Positions 63,381-64,000 of a stretch of DNA of 64,000 nucleotides are shown piece after piece; positions within the stretch are counted from its first letter, which is position 1; every line of letters starts with the position of its first letter. Both the position numbers and the translations under genes were made by a program. The stretch is from Paludibacteraceae bacterium (lineage in GTDB: Bacteria > Bacteroidota > Bacteroidia > Bacteroidales > Paludibacteraceae). Location of the stretch: NCBI GenBank assembly GCA_017559385.1, contig JAFYSK010000051.1, forward strand, positions 25,778 to 89,777, written 5' to 3'. The notes beneath the pieces were generated by a model, which worked only from the letters and a program-made list of their open reading frames with translations, searched no databases and was not told the DNA's origin.

Positions 63381-64000
63381 ATGAAAAAATATTTACTTGC
63401 AATTATTATAACTTGCGTATCGGTTTCATTGTTTGCGCAAGAAGCAGAAACCACTCCTTCTCCATGGTCTTGCTCTGGCGTAATTGGCTTAAATGCTAGT
63501 GCAACTGGCCTAGTTAACTGGGCTGCCGGTGGTAATAATAACATTAATGGAGTGGCCTTTGGCAAAGTTCGTTTGTTGTATTCTGAAGACAATCTTGCAT
63601 GGGAAACCAACCTCAATCTTGAATATGGTATGTCATATATTGATCAAAAAGGTGATGCTTTCCAAAAATCTAGTGATGTAATTGATTTTAGAACTAAATT
63701 CGGTTGGCAATTCCACAAAGCATGGTACCTTGCTGCATCTGCTGGCTTTAAGAGCCAATTTGCTTTTGGTCGTGCTTATGATGGTACAGATGCTGACGAT
63801 CCTATAATTTCTAAATTCCTTTCTCCATCATACACTGATATCTCTGTCGGTATTGATTGGAAACCTAATTCTATTTTCTCTCTCTATCTTTCTCCAGTAG
63901 CTGGCCAAATTACTACTGCCTATGTAGGAGATGCTGTTGAAAATGCTAATCCAGGTTTGCGCCAACAAATGCAAGAAAAATATGGTACTTGGGTGTATAG
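63381..64000 (+). CDS. DUF3078-like outer-membrane protein, N-terminal part (runs off the right edge)
   Basis: The ATG at 63381 gives MKKYLLAIIITCVSVSLFAQ...GLNASATGLVNWAAGGNNNI.... The frame is open to the window end. It is not in the ORF track because no stop lies in the window. Confidence 0.72.
   Translation, partial: MKKYLLAIIITCVSVSLFAQEAETTPSPWSCSGVIGLNASATGLVNWAAGGNNNINGVAFGKVRLLYSEDNLAWETNLNLEYGMSYIDQKGDAFQKSSDVIDFRTKFGWQFHKAWYLAASAGFKSQFAFGRAYDGTDADDPIISKFLSPSYTDISVGIDWKPNSIFSLYLSPVAGQITTAYVGDAVENANPGLRQQMQEKYGTWVY

Noticed and set aside
1-64000. tRNA, rRNA, riboswitch and tmRNA genes
   Set aside because: I read every spacer longer than 100 nt and saw no cloverleaf-compatible segment or recognisable conserved RNA motif. 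I cannot exclude small RNAs without covariance-model searches.

Overview
This is a 64-kb chromosomal segment from a Bacteroidota genome. I infer Bacteroidales, Prevotella-like, from a SusC/SusD pair, a T9SS-type C-terminal domain, TAnnTTTG -7 promoter boxes and an rnf operon. Gene order, left to right: (1) rnfC (partial), rnfB and rseC on the minus strand. (2) A small beta-barrel OMP and a metallophosphoesterase lipoprotein. (3) A YtxH / holin-like membrane trio. (4) A 2129-aa T9SS cargo protein with a small tail-anchored partner, divergent from two tandem 7TM-AraC regulators. (5) A BtuF-like binding protein, SpoIID, rhodanese and YeiH, the last with a 3' frameshift. (6) A 3.5-kb AT-rich islet with one N6-adenine methyltransferase and two paralogous PD-(D/E)XK ORFs. 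(7) A nagB(LmbE fusion)-GT2-DUF4922-like operon. (8) A 23-kb plus-strand locus that reads as a cell-wall / MurNAc scavenging PUL: MurK-like kinase, murQ, SusC/D, lipoproteins, GHL10, two DUF2233 phosphodiester glycosidases and an Amidase_3 protein. (9) Housekeeping genes: secA-lgt-DUF3078-fmt-nadK-HD, pdxJ-exbB-exbD-tonB, DJ-1 and a partial DUF3078. I saw no rRNA, tRNA, CRISPR array, transposase or integrase. Four observations stand out. (a) Degenerate short tandem word arrays fill most spacers, share words between distant loci, and occur as in-frame insertions inside several genes; one 55-nt element sits in the same frame in two adjacent genes. (b) Five consecutive secreted PUL proteins share a roughly 35-40-aa C-terminal tail that differs from the canonical T9SS CTD seen on the giant protein. 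(c) The methyltransferase plus two paralogous nuclease ORFs is a candidate heterodimeric restriction system. (d) The gene content of the cell-wall PUL. All homology statements come from motif recognition by eye; no searches were run.
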